From an uncultured cyanobacterium (GTDB lineage Bacteria > Cyanobacteriota > Cyanobacteriia > Cyanobacteriales > CAWUOF01), in assembly GCA_963744145.1 (NCBI GenBank), contig CAVUSO010000001.1:5024001-5088000 (forward strand): a DNA stretch of 64,000 bases, read 5' to 3'. Positions 55,950 to 64,000 of the stretch are shown here, one piece after another (positions within the stretch are counted from its first letter, which is position 1; each line of letters begins with the position of its first letter). A program made the position numbers and the translations under genes. Under the pieces are notes generated by a model. The model was not told the origin of the DNA, did not search any database, and was given only the letters and a program-made list of their open reading frames with translations.

Positions 55950-57065
55950 ATGAATTTAGAAAAGTTGGGTGATCCAGTCAAAGAGCAAGTAGATGAGCAA
56001 ATGTTAATTCCCCAATCAGTATATGCTAAAAAATTGAGACCATTTTTGCCCCCAGAAGCATTTGAACCTGATGGTAGTAAGTTAGTCATACTGTTCATTA
56101 ATTTGGTTATTTTAATCCTGGGTTGGGGAATCGCCGATCATTTAGATCATTGGTCAGGCTATTTTTTATGGCTTTATCTACCTCTAGCTTTGATTATGGG
56201 TAATAGTATAGTAGCCTTGTCATTTGTTTCCCATGACTTGATGCACGGTAGTATTCAGAAAAAGTCTCCCCTAAGTTATATAATTAGTTTTTTTGGGAGC
56301 TTAATGTCGTTTATGCCCCCAACTCAGTGGAAATCTATCCACAATATTGTACATCATAGTCAAACAAATTCTTTGGGAGATCCCGATCGCAATTACCTTT
56401 ATCAGCAGCCTAATAATTGGATAAAATGGATTAAAAATTTAGTTGCCCCATCTTTTGATGTCAATCCATTTTTGTTTTTCATATTGGGGATGCCAGGAGC
56501 ATGGTTATTTCATAATTTTTGCAACCTTTTTTCGATCCTATTGTTTAATAAAAAGTCTGTTAGTTATATGCAGGCTGCATTTACAGTGAGTGATAAGGAT
56601 AGGTTGACGATTGCCCTTGAGTTTATGGGAATTTTATGCCTGCATTTTAGCATTTTATTCTATTTAGACTTTCATCCAATAAAAATCGCTTTTGGCTACT
56701 TTATCCCTCTCGCAATTGGTCATGCAGGAATGATGTTTTATATCTACACAAATCATCTAATTTGCCGGATGACCAGTGTTAATGACCCGTTGATTAATAG
56801 TCTTTCAATAAGGGTTCCTAAGATTTTTGATCTGTTACATTTTAACTTTTCCTATCACACGGAACATCATATTTTCCCTAGTCTTAATTCCAATTATTAT
56901 CCGCTAGTTCAAGAGTTGATTCAAGTTCACTATCCTGACCGGATGAATTTACTTGATGCTGGTGAAGCTTGGCGATTGTTGATGGGAACTCCCCGACATT
57001 ACAAAGATGAAGTTACTTTGACTGATTATTCAGGGAAAATTTCGGTAAATTGCCCTTTAAAGTAG
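55950..57065 (+). CDS. Membrane fatty acid desaturase family protein
   Basis: Three His boxes HDLMH, HNIVHH, HTEHH and hydrophobic segments. Confidence 0.85.
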   Translation: MNLEKLGDPVKEQVDEQMLIPQSVYAKKLRPFLPPEAFEPDGSKLVILFINLVILILGWGIADHLDHWSGYFLWLYLPLALIMGNSIVALSFVSHDLMHGSIQKKSPLSYIISFFGSLMSFMPPTQWKSIHNIVHHSQTNSLGDPDRNYLYQQPNNWIKWIKNLVAPSFDVNPFLFFILGMPGAWLFHNFCNLFSILLFNKKSVSYMQAAFTVSDKDRLTIALEFMGILCLHFSILFYLDFHPIKIAFGYFIPLAIGHAGMMFYIYTNHLICRMTSVNDPLINSLSIRVPKIFDLLHFNFSYHTEHHIFPSLNSNYYPLVQELIQVHYPDRMNLLDAGEAWRLLMGTPRHYKDEVTLTDYSGKISVNCPLK

Positions 57066-57291
57066 TTGAACTTGAAGCGATCGTGGCATGAGATCATACC
57101 TAAGCCGAATCAACAGAGGATGATCGTCTGGAGTGGAAAATGGCAGATGGTTCTAATCAGCCGACTGTTTTAGTCTCAGTTTGTTAATGGGGATTACTCC
57201 ACCCCAGCCACTTTCATCATTTTCGTGAGTTTGAATCAGTAGATTGTGTTTCTGTTGAATCGGGTTAGCTAAGGAAGCAGGTTTGGGGATT

Positions 57292-58671
57292 CTATTTAGG
57301 GCAGAAAAGTCGATCGCGTAAACCGCAAAAATAACAATCAGGAGTAGCTAAGTAATTAGGATTAGTTTTATGCCACTTAGATTCAGGAAACTCATAAATC
57401 CAATCCAGACCAGAATCAACATTCAAAAAACCGCTGACTATACCCTGAATAATCCCAACTCCTGTACTAGCACAAATGCTATTTAACCAAAATACCGCCG
57501 GATCATTAATTCCTTCTAGATAACCCGCTTGTGCTGCTAAGTTTTCAATTTCAACCGGAGCTGATTCTAAAGCAGCTCTTTGCAGACTAATGATATTACC
57601 ACACATCAGACACCACCCACCACCTAGAGGTGGAACAGTAATCCGACAATACATCCGGGGAACACTATTGGTTTTCACATCAATATGAGTGCCAAGACAA
57701 ACTAGAGGACGGATATATTTTAAAGCTAATTCTTGGGCAATTTGTCGAGAACGGTGATTGTCGGTAGCAACAACAATTAAATCAGTGGTTGCAATTTCTT
57801 GTTGCACAGGTTTATTTTCAACAGAGGTAGGTATCGCTTTGATAGAAGAACCTCTCCGATAAATATTCTTAATCAATTGTTTGACATATTCAACTTTATA
57901 CCAGTGATGGTCTACCATTTCCCATGTTGCTCCGGGCATCCGATTCAAGTTAACATTTTCTAAGCGATCGGGATCAATCAAGACCCAGTTTTTGACACCC
58001 AAACGTCCTAATTGTTCAGCAAAAACTGCTCCTATTCCACCACAACCAATTAAGGTAACGGTGAGTTGGCTGAGTTGTTGTTGAAAAGTTTCTCCAAATA
58101 CTTTTTGACGGCTAAATATTGGTTCATTTGCGTTAGTAGGATGACTAAATGTTGGCAATTCAAACCATGAAGAGTAAAATTTAACTTCCTCAAAAGCATT
58201 TCCTTGGCGATTCCAAAGTCGAAATTGAGATTGACGAAATGACTGATCAAAGACTCCAGAAATTAACTGGGGCTGTTGGGCGAATTTAGCAGAGAGAAAT
58301 CGGGCATATTCGGACTCATAAATATCATCAACTTGGGAAAAATAAGGAGTTTTTTGTTCAGCATGAGTATGAATATGAACGACATCGAACTCACCTTGAT
58401 GAAGATAGGTATTGAGGAGGTACTCGTGAAATTGTTGTTTGAGAATCAAGCCACTTGCTGATTGAGATTCGTAGCAATCAGGAGTAGGAACAACCCAAGC
58501 TTTTGGTGTATAGCGGACTTGATATTCGGAAATTTGATGGTGTTTACAAAAAAGAAAACCAATCACCTCTTCATTAGTTCTTCGAGCAGTTAACATGGCT
58601 TGACGGAATTGCTGCCACATTGTAGGTGGAATATGTAAAGAAATCTGGGAATAATGTTGTGAATTGTTCAT
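57292..58671 (-). CDS. JAB/JAMM metallopeptidase + ThiF/E1-like adenylation domain fusion
   Basis: N-half EEVIGF...HIHTH-x8-SQVD (JAMM-like); C-half FSRQ, IGCGGIG, DPDRLENVNLNR, ATDN, CLMC and CYFC Zn pairs. Confidence 0.85.
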   Translation of the reverse strand: MNNSQHYSQISLHIPPTMWQQFRQAMLTARRTNEEVIGFLFCKHHQISEYQVRYTPKAWVVPTPDCYESQSASGLILKQQFHEYLLNTYLHQGEFDVVHIHTHAEQKTPYFSQVDDIYESEYARFLSAKFAQQPQLISGVFDQSFRQSQFRLWNRQGNAFEEVKFYSSWFELPTFSHPTNANEPIFSRQKVFGETFQQQLSQLTVTLIGCGGIGAVFAEQLGRLGVKNWVLIDPDRLENVNLNRMPGATWEMVDHHWYKVEYVKQLIKNIYRRGSSIKAIPTSVENKPVQQEIATTDLIVVATDNHRSRQIAQELALKYIRPLVCLGTHIDVKTNSVPRMYCRITVPPLGGGWCLMCGNIISLQRAALESAPVEIENLAAQAGYLEGINDPAVFWLNSICASTGVGIIQGIVSGFLNVDSGLDWIYEFPESKWHKTNPNYLATPDCYFCGLRDRLFCPK

Positions 58672-58733
58672 GGTTTTGAGATGGGGTGAAATATCTGGTT
58701 AACAAATGCGATCGCCGGGGAAAATAACTGATC

Positions 58734-59219
58734 TCAATCTTCGCTATTAATAGCGTGCCGAGCTGTTATAAATAAAGTGGCGAGATTATGTCCATGTTCA
58801 GGGTAATTGTTAGGTCGCCAAGAATTAAGCCATCGATCTTGATTAAATCCACCACCTAGTCCTACACAGTACCAGTACCAACCTTCTGTACTTAAAAAAG
58901 GTGCGCCATAATAACTCTGTCTGGTAAAGTGATGATCTCCTTGTCCGACGGTATTCCAAGGGTAGTTTAGATAACAACCTATCGGGGGAAGACTGGGATA
59001 ATCTGGTGGTAATAAGAACAGTAAGTCAGAGTTAGAAACTGCAAATTTTTGAGAAGATAGTGGCATTCCTTTAATCAGAATGGCTGTATATTGAATACCA
59101 CTAATTGTTTTGCTGCCAACAATTATATTATTAGCGACTTTTTCCAACACTTTGAGTTCCGCCATAATTCTTGCTGTTGGCTGAAATTTTGATTGACCAT
59201 AATTGACAGCGATCGCCAT
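58734..59219 (-). CDS. Prokaryotic E2/UBC-like conjugating enzyme
   Basis: LLPPDYPSLPP (E2-type PxxYPxxPP), WYWYC candidate catalytic Cys, downstream WRP...NLATL. Confidence 0.7.
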   Translation of the reverse strand: MAIAVNYGQSKFQPTARIMAELKVLEKVANNIIVGSKTISGIQYTAILIKGMPLSSQKFAVSNSDLLFLLPPDYPSLPPIGCYLNYPWNTVGQGDHHFTRQSYYGAPFLSTEGWYWYCVGLGGGFNQDRWLNSWRPNNYPEHGHNLATLFITARHAINSED

Positions 59220-59255
59220 GAAACTATCTCCTTTGACAATAGAATTAGAAAATAA

Positions 59256-59453
59256 TTATCCTTTCACAATTTTCGGAACAGTCCAAACTTTGCAACCTTC
59301 TTTAAGTGCATCGGTTTCTTTTAAGGGTTTGGTTCCTCCAAATCCTTCTTCCATGACATCATCATTACCAATTTCAGGTAATCTAGCTCTCAATTCTTCA
59401 ACAGTTGCACCAGTTGGTAAGTCTACTAATTTACCATTGACGATAGCTCTCAT
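59256..59453 (-). CDS. Ubiquitin-like beta-grasp protein (65 aa) ending in Gly
   Basis: GAGAGG RBS; MRAIVNGK...TVEEL...LKEG...VP...VKG pattern like ThiS/MoaD/Ubl; position directly upstream of E2 and E1. Confidence 0.75.
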   Translation of the reverse strand: MRAIVNGKLVDLPTGATVEELRARLPEIGNDDVMEEGFGGTKPLKETDALKEGCKVWTVPKIVKG

Positions 59454-59483
59454 TGTTTTTCCTCTCACGATCAGGGGGGTCAA

Positions 59484-59879
59484 TTAATTGAAAATAACTG
59501 ATTTTTTGATCAAAGCGATCGCCGCAGTCTTCAGTTGGGATTTATGGACGGATGTTTGACAAGTTAAAGCCATCCAAACAGATAAAATTGTTATAGTCGC
59601 AGTTAGGATGATCATGACTAACAGCAATTGATGGTAAAGCTGTTCTAGTTTTTGAACTGACGCTTTTAACCTTTTGAGCTGGTTCATGTATTCTTTCCGA
59701 TCTTTTTGTTCAGCTGCTACTACATTGAGTTCCAATAATTCTAGGTGTTGGCTCAGTTCTCCCAGTTGGGAGTTAACTAATTCAAACTCCTTTGACTGTT
59801 GCACAATCAATTTGCCATTGATCGTTTGAATTAAATCAGCGGAAGTAATTTCAGTTAAGGCAGACATTTTTTCACTCAT
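59484..59879 (-). CDS. Coiled-coil protein with a single C-terminal transmembrane helix
   Basis: AAGGAGG RBS before MSEKM; heptad-like Leu/Gln/Glu-rich segment; LLLVMIILTATITILSVWMAL hydrophobic stretch. Confidence 0.7.
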   Translation of the reverse strand: MSEKMSALTEITSADLIQTINGKLIVQQSKEFELVNSQLGELSQHLELLELNVVAAEQKDRKEYMNQLKRLKASVQKLEQLYHQLLLVMIILTATITILSVWMALTCQTSVHKSQLKTAAIALIKKSVIFN

Positions 59880-59907
59880 TCCTCCTTGTCTGTCGGTCAA
59901 GATTAAA

Positions 59908-60480
59908 TTAGTCGAAAATATTGGTATTACCAATGGGATAATAATTTTGGTTGTTATTCTGTTGCTCAAAATTATTAAAGATTTCAATCAAATCAACAAC
60001 GCTATTAGCTGCTAGTTTTAGATCACTACCAAGAGATTGTTCTACTGAAGCAACTTCAACACGCATTCCCCGTCTTCTAAGTTTTTCGGCTAAATAGGCA
60101 AAATCTGAATCTCCTGTGACTAAGACAACGATATCAGGACGGACTTCTAAAGCTAGTTCAATCGCATCCATTGCCATGACAATATCAATATTGGTTTCGT
60201 ACTCATCACCTTTTGCTTTACCTTCTTTGGCAACAACTAAAAAGCCTTTACTCTTAGCCCAATAGATAAATTTTTCTTTGGTTTTCCGCTGTTCTTCAAA
60301 TCGTTCTCGCGCTGGAGGTAAACCGACATAAATTACCATTTCAATCAGTTCTCTGCCCTCTTTTGGATCAGCTAGATAGTCACGGAGTTTTTGCCACTCT
60401 GCTTTTCTGTTAAATTTTTGTGCGGCGAGAAACGTATTGTCGCTATCTGCAAGAATCAGGACTCGACGAGGTGTTGCCAT
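59908..60480 (-). CDS. NYN (LabA/DUF88, PIN-like) domain putative ribonuclease
   Basis: ILADSDN, NIDIVMAMD, LVTGDSDF, GMRVEV, acidic active-site set retained. Confidence 0.85.
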   Translation of the reverse strand: MATPRRVLILADSDNTFLAAQKFNRKAEWQKLRDYLADPKEGRELIEMVIYVGLPPARERFEEQRKTKEKFIYWAKSKGFLVVAKEGKAKGDEYETNIDIVMAMDAIELALEVRPDIVVLVTGDSDFAYLAEKLRRRGMRVEVASVEQSLGSDLKLAANSVVDLIEIFNNFEQQNNNQNYYPIGNTNIFD

Positions 60481-60531
60481 AGGTTTTTCTGAATGGTTTG
60501 TTTGCTTTGTTGATCATTAAAAACTATGGTA

Positions 60532-60603
60532 GGAAATCCCCGTTTCCTATCACTAACACTTTCTGACTGGAAATCCCTGTTTCCTATCACCAATACTATC
60601 TGA
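60532..60603. repeat. Two 37-bp-period tandem repeats, each with a GGAAA-N6-TTTCC palindrome, upstream of the NYN-Ubl operon
   Basis: GGAAATCCCCGTTTCCTATCACTAACACTTTCTGA (60532-60566) and GGAAATCCCTGTTTCCTATCACCAATACTATCTGA (60569-60603). Confidence 0.8.
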
Positions 60604-61053
60604 TCAGCTAAATAGGTGCTTAAGTTAGCTATTCTCACTAACTGCTCAAGGATTTTAACCAATTCCCGATCGCTAGAAATCCCTGATGATTGAAGGTGAA
60701 GCTAAAATCAACAGGGTCATGTAATACTGATGATGTTGACAACTACTATTTTGAGATGTCTTTCATGTTAATTTTAATTACAAATATCCATACTTCGGAC
60801 ATTTTTTAATTTACAACGGTAGAGAGCGGGTTTTGGACTCCAAGATCGCCGCGTAGACATAGCCAGATCAAGGCATCATCAACGGTAAAATAATGATTTT
60901 AGCTGTTTCTCTAAAAACTATCCGGACTATTGATCAATAACTGGAGTATTAATTTAGCAAAAGTCGGATTTCAGCTATGCACATAACCTCAATATTTACC
61001 GCAGTAGCGTGGGTTAGCACTGCCATTGTCTGTAAAAAAGGAAGAAAAATCCC

Positions 61054-61650
61054 ATGGCTTACAGTGACTTTACTTTAGAAAAAGTGCAGAAAAGTTTTGA
61101 TTTAACTATTTCAGAAAACCTAGACCTTTTTGCCAACATTCCGACTTTGGAACCTAGTCCATTACTCATAGAGTTTTTAGGAGATAATGCACAATTAGCA
61201 TTAAAAATCAACACCGAGAAAGCTAGATCAGAAATGATTATTGCGCCAATTTTGCTAGATTTTAGAAAACAGGCTTCCTCGAAAATAAGCTTGTTTTCAG
61301 GAGTAGATTTTAATGTGGATTATGACCGGGGATTAAACGGAATATGTGACTATATTATTAGTAATTCTACCGAACAGTTATTTATCAAATCTCCTGTAAT
61401 TGTTCTGGTAGAAGCGAAAAAGGAAAATATTGTCGGGGGATTAGGTCAGTGCGCTTCAGAAATGTTAGCTGCTCAAATTTTTAACGAACAGGAGGGAAAT
61501 AAAGTTCCGGTTATTTTAGGAGCAGTTACTTCCGGAAATGTTTGGAGATTTTTGCAATTAGAAGAAAAGCAACTCAGAATTGATGCGACAGAGTATTATC
61601 TGAAAGATGTCAATAAAATTTTAGGAATTTTTGCAAAGGGAGTAGAATAA
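61054..61650 (+). CDS. Conserved cyanobacterial hypothetical protein with restriction-endonuclease-like (PD-(D/E)xK) motif
   Basis: MAYSDFTL, NTEKARSE, GICDY...VEAKK, GQC, GAVTSGNVWRF. Confidence 0.7.
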   Translation: MAYSDFTLEKVQKSFDLTISENLDLFANIPTLEPSPLLIEFLGDNAQLALKINTEKARSEMIIAPILLDFRKQASSKISLFSGVDFNVDYDRGLNGICDYIISNSTEQLFIKSPVIVLVEAKKENIVGGLGQCASEMLAAQIFNEQEGNKVPVILGAVTSGNVWRFLQLEEKQLRIDATEYYLKDVNKILGIFAKGVE

Positions 61651-61820
61651 ATGTATCAGAAAGCTTACGGAATTATTGAAACTTTAGCACCACTTCATAT
61701 TGGTGCAAGTGCCGGAGAAGAAACGGGAAATTTAAACTTGATTTTTCGTGATCAGTTTACCCAAACTGGTATTATTCCTGGTAGTTCAATTCGGGGACGA
61801 TTTCGTGCTGATATGCGATC
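61651..61820 (+). pseudogene. cmr4: 5' fragment of CRISPR type III-B RAMP protein Cmr4
   Basis: ETLAPLHIGAS...IFRDQFTQTGIIPGSSIRGRFR RAMP N-terminus; rest of the ORF runs into unrelated sequence and a repeat element. Confidence 0.75.
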
Positions 61821-61954
61821 GCGCTGTCTAAAACTGGAAGAAGAAATAGATGAAAATCTTTGGTATAGACTGACCTATTGCTTTAATGGTGCTGACTGTA
61901 TTTCATGGCGATCGCACTCCCTGGAAACGTCAAGGAGAAGACCGATTAAGACAA

Positions 61955-62078
61955 TAGACCTCTTGCAAAAGTCCTTATTGATCTATTTATTGACAGGCAA
62001 GATGCCTGTCCCATCAGAAAAAATCACTTTTGTGGGACAGGCATCTTGCCTGTCCTATTTATTTTTGCAAGAGGTCTA
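61955..62078. mobile_element. MITE/REP-like element with terminal and internal inverted repeats
   Basis: TAGACCTCTTGCAAAA ... TTTTGCAAGAGGTCTA ends; inner GACAGGCAAGATGCCTGTCCCA / TGGGACAGGCATCTTGCCTGTC. Confidence 0.8.
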
Positions 62079-62155
62079 ATTTATTCAAGCAGTCAAGACA
62101 GCTTTAAATATCACCAGTCCCACTTGGGGATGATCACTGGAAAGGAGCCTAATTT

Positions 62156-63394
62156 ATGAGCCGAAAAATTATTACTTTTTTGGGAGCTATTCCTGCTCAT
62201 GGAACTCCGGAAAGACCAATGCAGCCCACTACCTACGCTTTTAAAGATGAAAATGGCGTGGAGAAAAGATATGATGGTTATGTGTTTCCTGAAGCATTGC
62301 GGCAGTTTTGCGACTATGACTTGATGTTAGTTTGTTTAACGGAAAAAGCTAAAGCTGTAAATTGGTCAGTGCTAAAAGCGATCGCCGATCCCAAAATTCA
62401 AGCCGTTGATATTCCCACAGGTAACAATACTGCCGAAATGTGGCAGATATTTACCATTATTACAGGACATATTGAAGCAGGCGATCGGGTAATTTTTGAT
62501 ATCACTCACTGTTTGCGATCGCTTCCTTTTCTGGTGTTTTTATTTGCTGCTTATCTAAAAACAGCCAAGCAAGTAAAAATTGAGGCTATTTATTATGGCG
62601 CTCTTGAGTTAAAATCTGAAAATCATGGATTAGCACCAATCATTGATTTATCAGAATTCGTATCTATGATCGACTGGATAGCAGCTAGTAACCAATTTGT
62701 GGAAACCGGAGATGCCAGACAATTATCTAAACTACTCAATCCCAATAGTGATAAATCAGGAGCTAATCAAAAAGCAGCCGAAACTCTTTTCAATGTATCG
62801 ATCGCTACTTTACTTTGTCGACCTTTAGAGTTAGGTATTAGAGCAGAAGCGTTAGCCACCGATTTGTTAGTATCTGAACAATTGCAACTGAATCAAGTTG
62901 TCCCCTTTGAAATGTTGCGACAACAAGTTAATCAAACATTCAGTTCCTTTGTCGGAAAATTAGATAGGAATCCTCAAGCTGCATTACAAGCTCAGTTTCG
63001 GTTAATTAAATGGTATCATAATAACAATCGTATTATTGAAACCATGACGCTAGCTAGGGAATGGTTATTAGCGGCTATCAATTATCAGTTAGAGGGAAGT
63101 GTAGATATCAACAATCGAGATATCCGCGAAAAAGATATTCCTACTGCACTGCGGGATATTCATGATCATAAACCCCTTAGAGATTTAACACCTTATGGTA
63201 GAAAAATTCACACCTGGTCAGAAAAAAAGCAACTAATTTCGGTGTGGAATAAAGTGCGATCGCTGCGAAATACTCTCGACCATGCTGGATATGATAAACA
63301 AGCTCTACCTGCTAGTAAGATATTTCAGGATGCAAATCAAGCAATCAAATCTTTATCGGAATTAGCTAAGTATTGGGGTTTGGGTGATGACTAA
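62156..63394 (+). CDS. CRISPR-associated CARF-HEPN protein (Csx1/TM1812, TIGR02221-like)
   Basis: ITFLG start, FDITHCLRSLP (DxTHG variant), IYYGA, IIDLS; C-terminal HEPN RNTLDH (R-x4-H). Confidence 0.85.
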   Translation: MSRKIITFLGAIPAHGTPERPMQPTTYAFKDENGVEKRYDGYVFPEALRQFCDYDLMLVCLTEKAKAVNWSVLKAIADPKIQAVDIPTGNNTAEMWQIFTIITGHIEAGDRVIFDITHCLRSLPFLVFLFAAYLKTAKQVKIEAIYYGALELKSENHGLAPIIDLSEFVSMIDWIAASNQFVETGDARQLSKLLNPNSDKSGANQKAAETLFNVSIATLLCRPLELGIRAEALATDLLVSEQLQLNQVVPFEMLRQQVNQTFSSFVGKLDRNPQAALQAQFRLIKWYHNNNRIIETMTLAREWLLAAINYQLEGSVDINNRDIREKDIPTALRDIHDHKPLRDLTPYGRKIHTWSEKKQLISVWNKVRSLRNTLDHAGYDKQALPASKIFQDANQAIKSLSELAKYWGLGDD

Positions 63395-63445
63395 TGTAGG
63401 TGTGGATGAAAGAACTCATCCCAATTTTCCATAGAATTCAGAAAA

Positions 63446-63568
63446 ACCTAACCCCCCAACCCCCTTCCCTACGAGGGAAGGGGGAGAAATAGCTCACTAA
63501 TTTTACTTGAGTTTCTGCTGATAATTCTTGCTCCCCTTTCCTCTTAGGAGAGGGGTTGGGGGAGAGGT
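63446..63568. repeat. Cyanobacterial REP-like palindromic element
   Basis: ACCTAACCCCCCAACCCCCTTCCCT...AGGGAAGGGGGAG and CTCCCCTTTCCT...AGGAGAGGGGTTGGGGGAGAGGT arms. Confidence 0.75.
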
Positions 63569-64000
63569 CAATTGCTGCGATCGCTCCCATAATACTCTCA
63601 TGCTTAAGCTTTACATAAAATTGAGATTAGGAAAACGCCCTTTCCTTAAATAAACCATAATTGTGTTCAATGTTTCTCTGAGCAGACAGCGCAATTATGT
63701 CACAACAAAATCCCACCAATAGCGATCGAGATGTTACACTACCGAGTAGGATGAGAAGTGTTTGACTCGGTGAGAAACTGGTAGTAAAAAGCCGATTATG
63801 AAAGCTGAATGGGAATTTCCGATTGAAATAGTCATAGATTTTCTCCTATAAGTATTTTGACTTATGTAAAACTACTTTTACATTTACTATGATAATTAGT
63901 AAATATAAATCAATAACTTTTACAAACTGCCGAACGCCATCTAGCGCCTTCGGTAAGAGAGAATCAGCTATGAAAGAGATCATTGCTCTTCACCTAACCC

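Noticed and set aside
57292..59453. ThiS/ThiF or MoaD/MoeB sulfur-relay operon
   Set aside because: No thiG/moaE/cysteine synthase neighbours, an E2-like gene is present, and the Ubl ends KG rather than GG
60532..60603. Possible mini CRISPR array (37-bp period, reverse strand contains ...GGAAAC, near cas genes)
   Set aside because: Units are directly adjacent with no unique spacer and only two copies; kept as tandem repeat
61651..62079. 142-aa ORF as a complete Cmr4 or novel protein
   Set aside because: Only the first ~56 aa are RAMP-like; the remainder translates unrelated DNA and a repeat element

Overview
AT-rich cyanobacterial chromosome segment (frequent HIP1 octamer GCGATCGC, cyanobacteria-type gene families and palindromic repeats). 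Left to right: the 3' end of a tRNA (Pro-like); an RTX-type secreted protein; a ~28 kb single-strand surface-glycan/unusual-sugar biosynthesis island (HldE-like, GmhA-like, split transketolase, 'sporadic carbohydrate cluster' pair, two radical SAM enzymes, 5-7 methyltransferases, GT2, TIGR04372-like and GT41 glycosyltransferases) interleaved with toxin-antitoxin-like genes; a scrambled array of DUF29/Uma2/UPF0175/DUF4058/PIN genes and gene stubs; then mostly housekeeping genes with several tandem paralogues (2 APC permeases, purH, 3 2OG-Fe(II) oxygenases, amidase, 2 adenylate cyclases, ilvC, trpG-like, desaturase). The right end is a defence-island-like block. The standout is a compact five-gene minus-strand operon at 57292-60480: NYN ribonuclease - coiled-coil/TM protein - ubiquitin-like protein - E2-like enzyme - JAB/E1 fusion, i.e. 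a candidate bacterial ubiquitin-like conjugation system with its own putative effectors, preceded by two 37-bp tandem palindromic repeats and next to a cmr4 remnant and a CARF-HEPN (Csx1-like) gene. Many genes, including core purH and ilvC, contain single-base frameshifts, so much of the apparent pseudogenisation is probably sequencing/assembly error. All family assignments are by eye from motifs; no searches were run.
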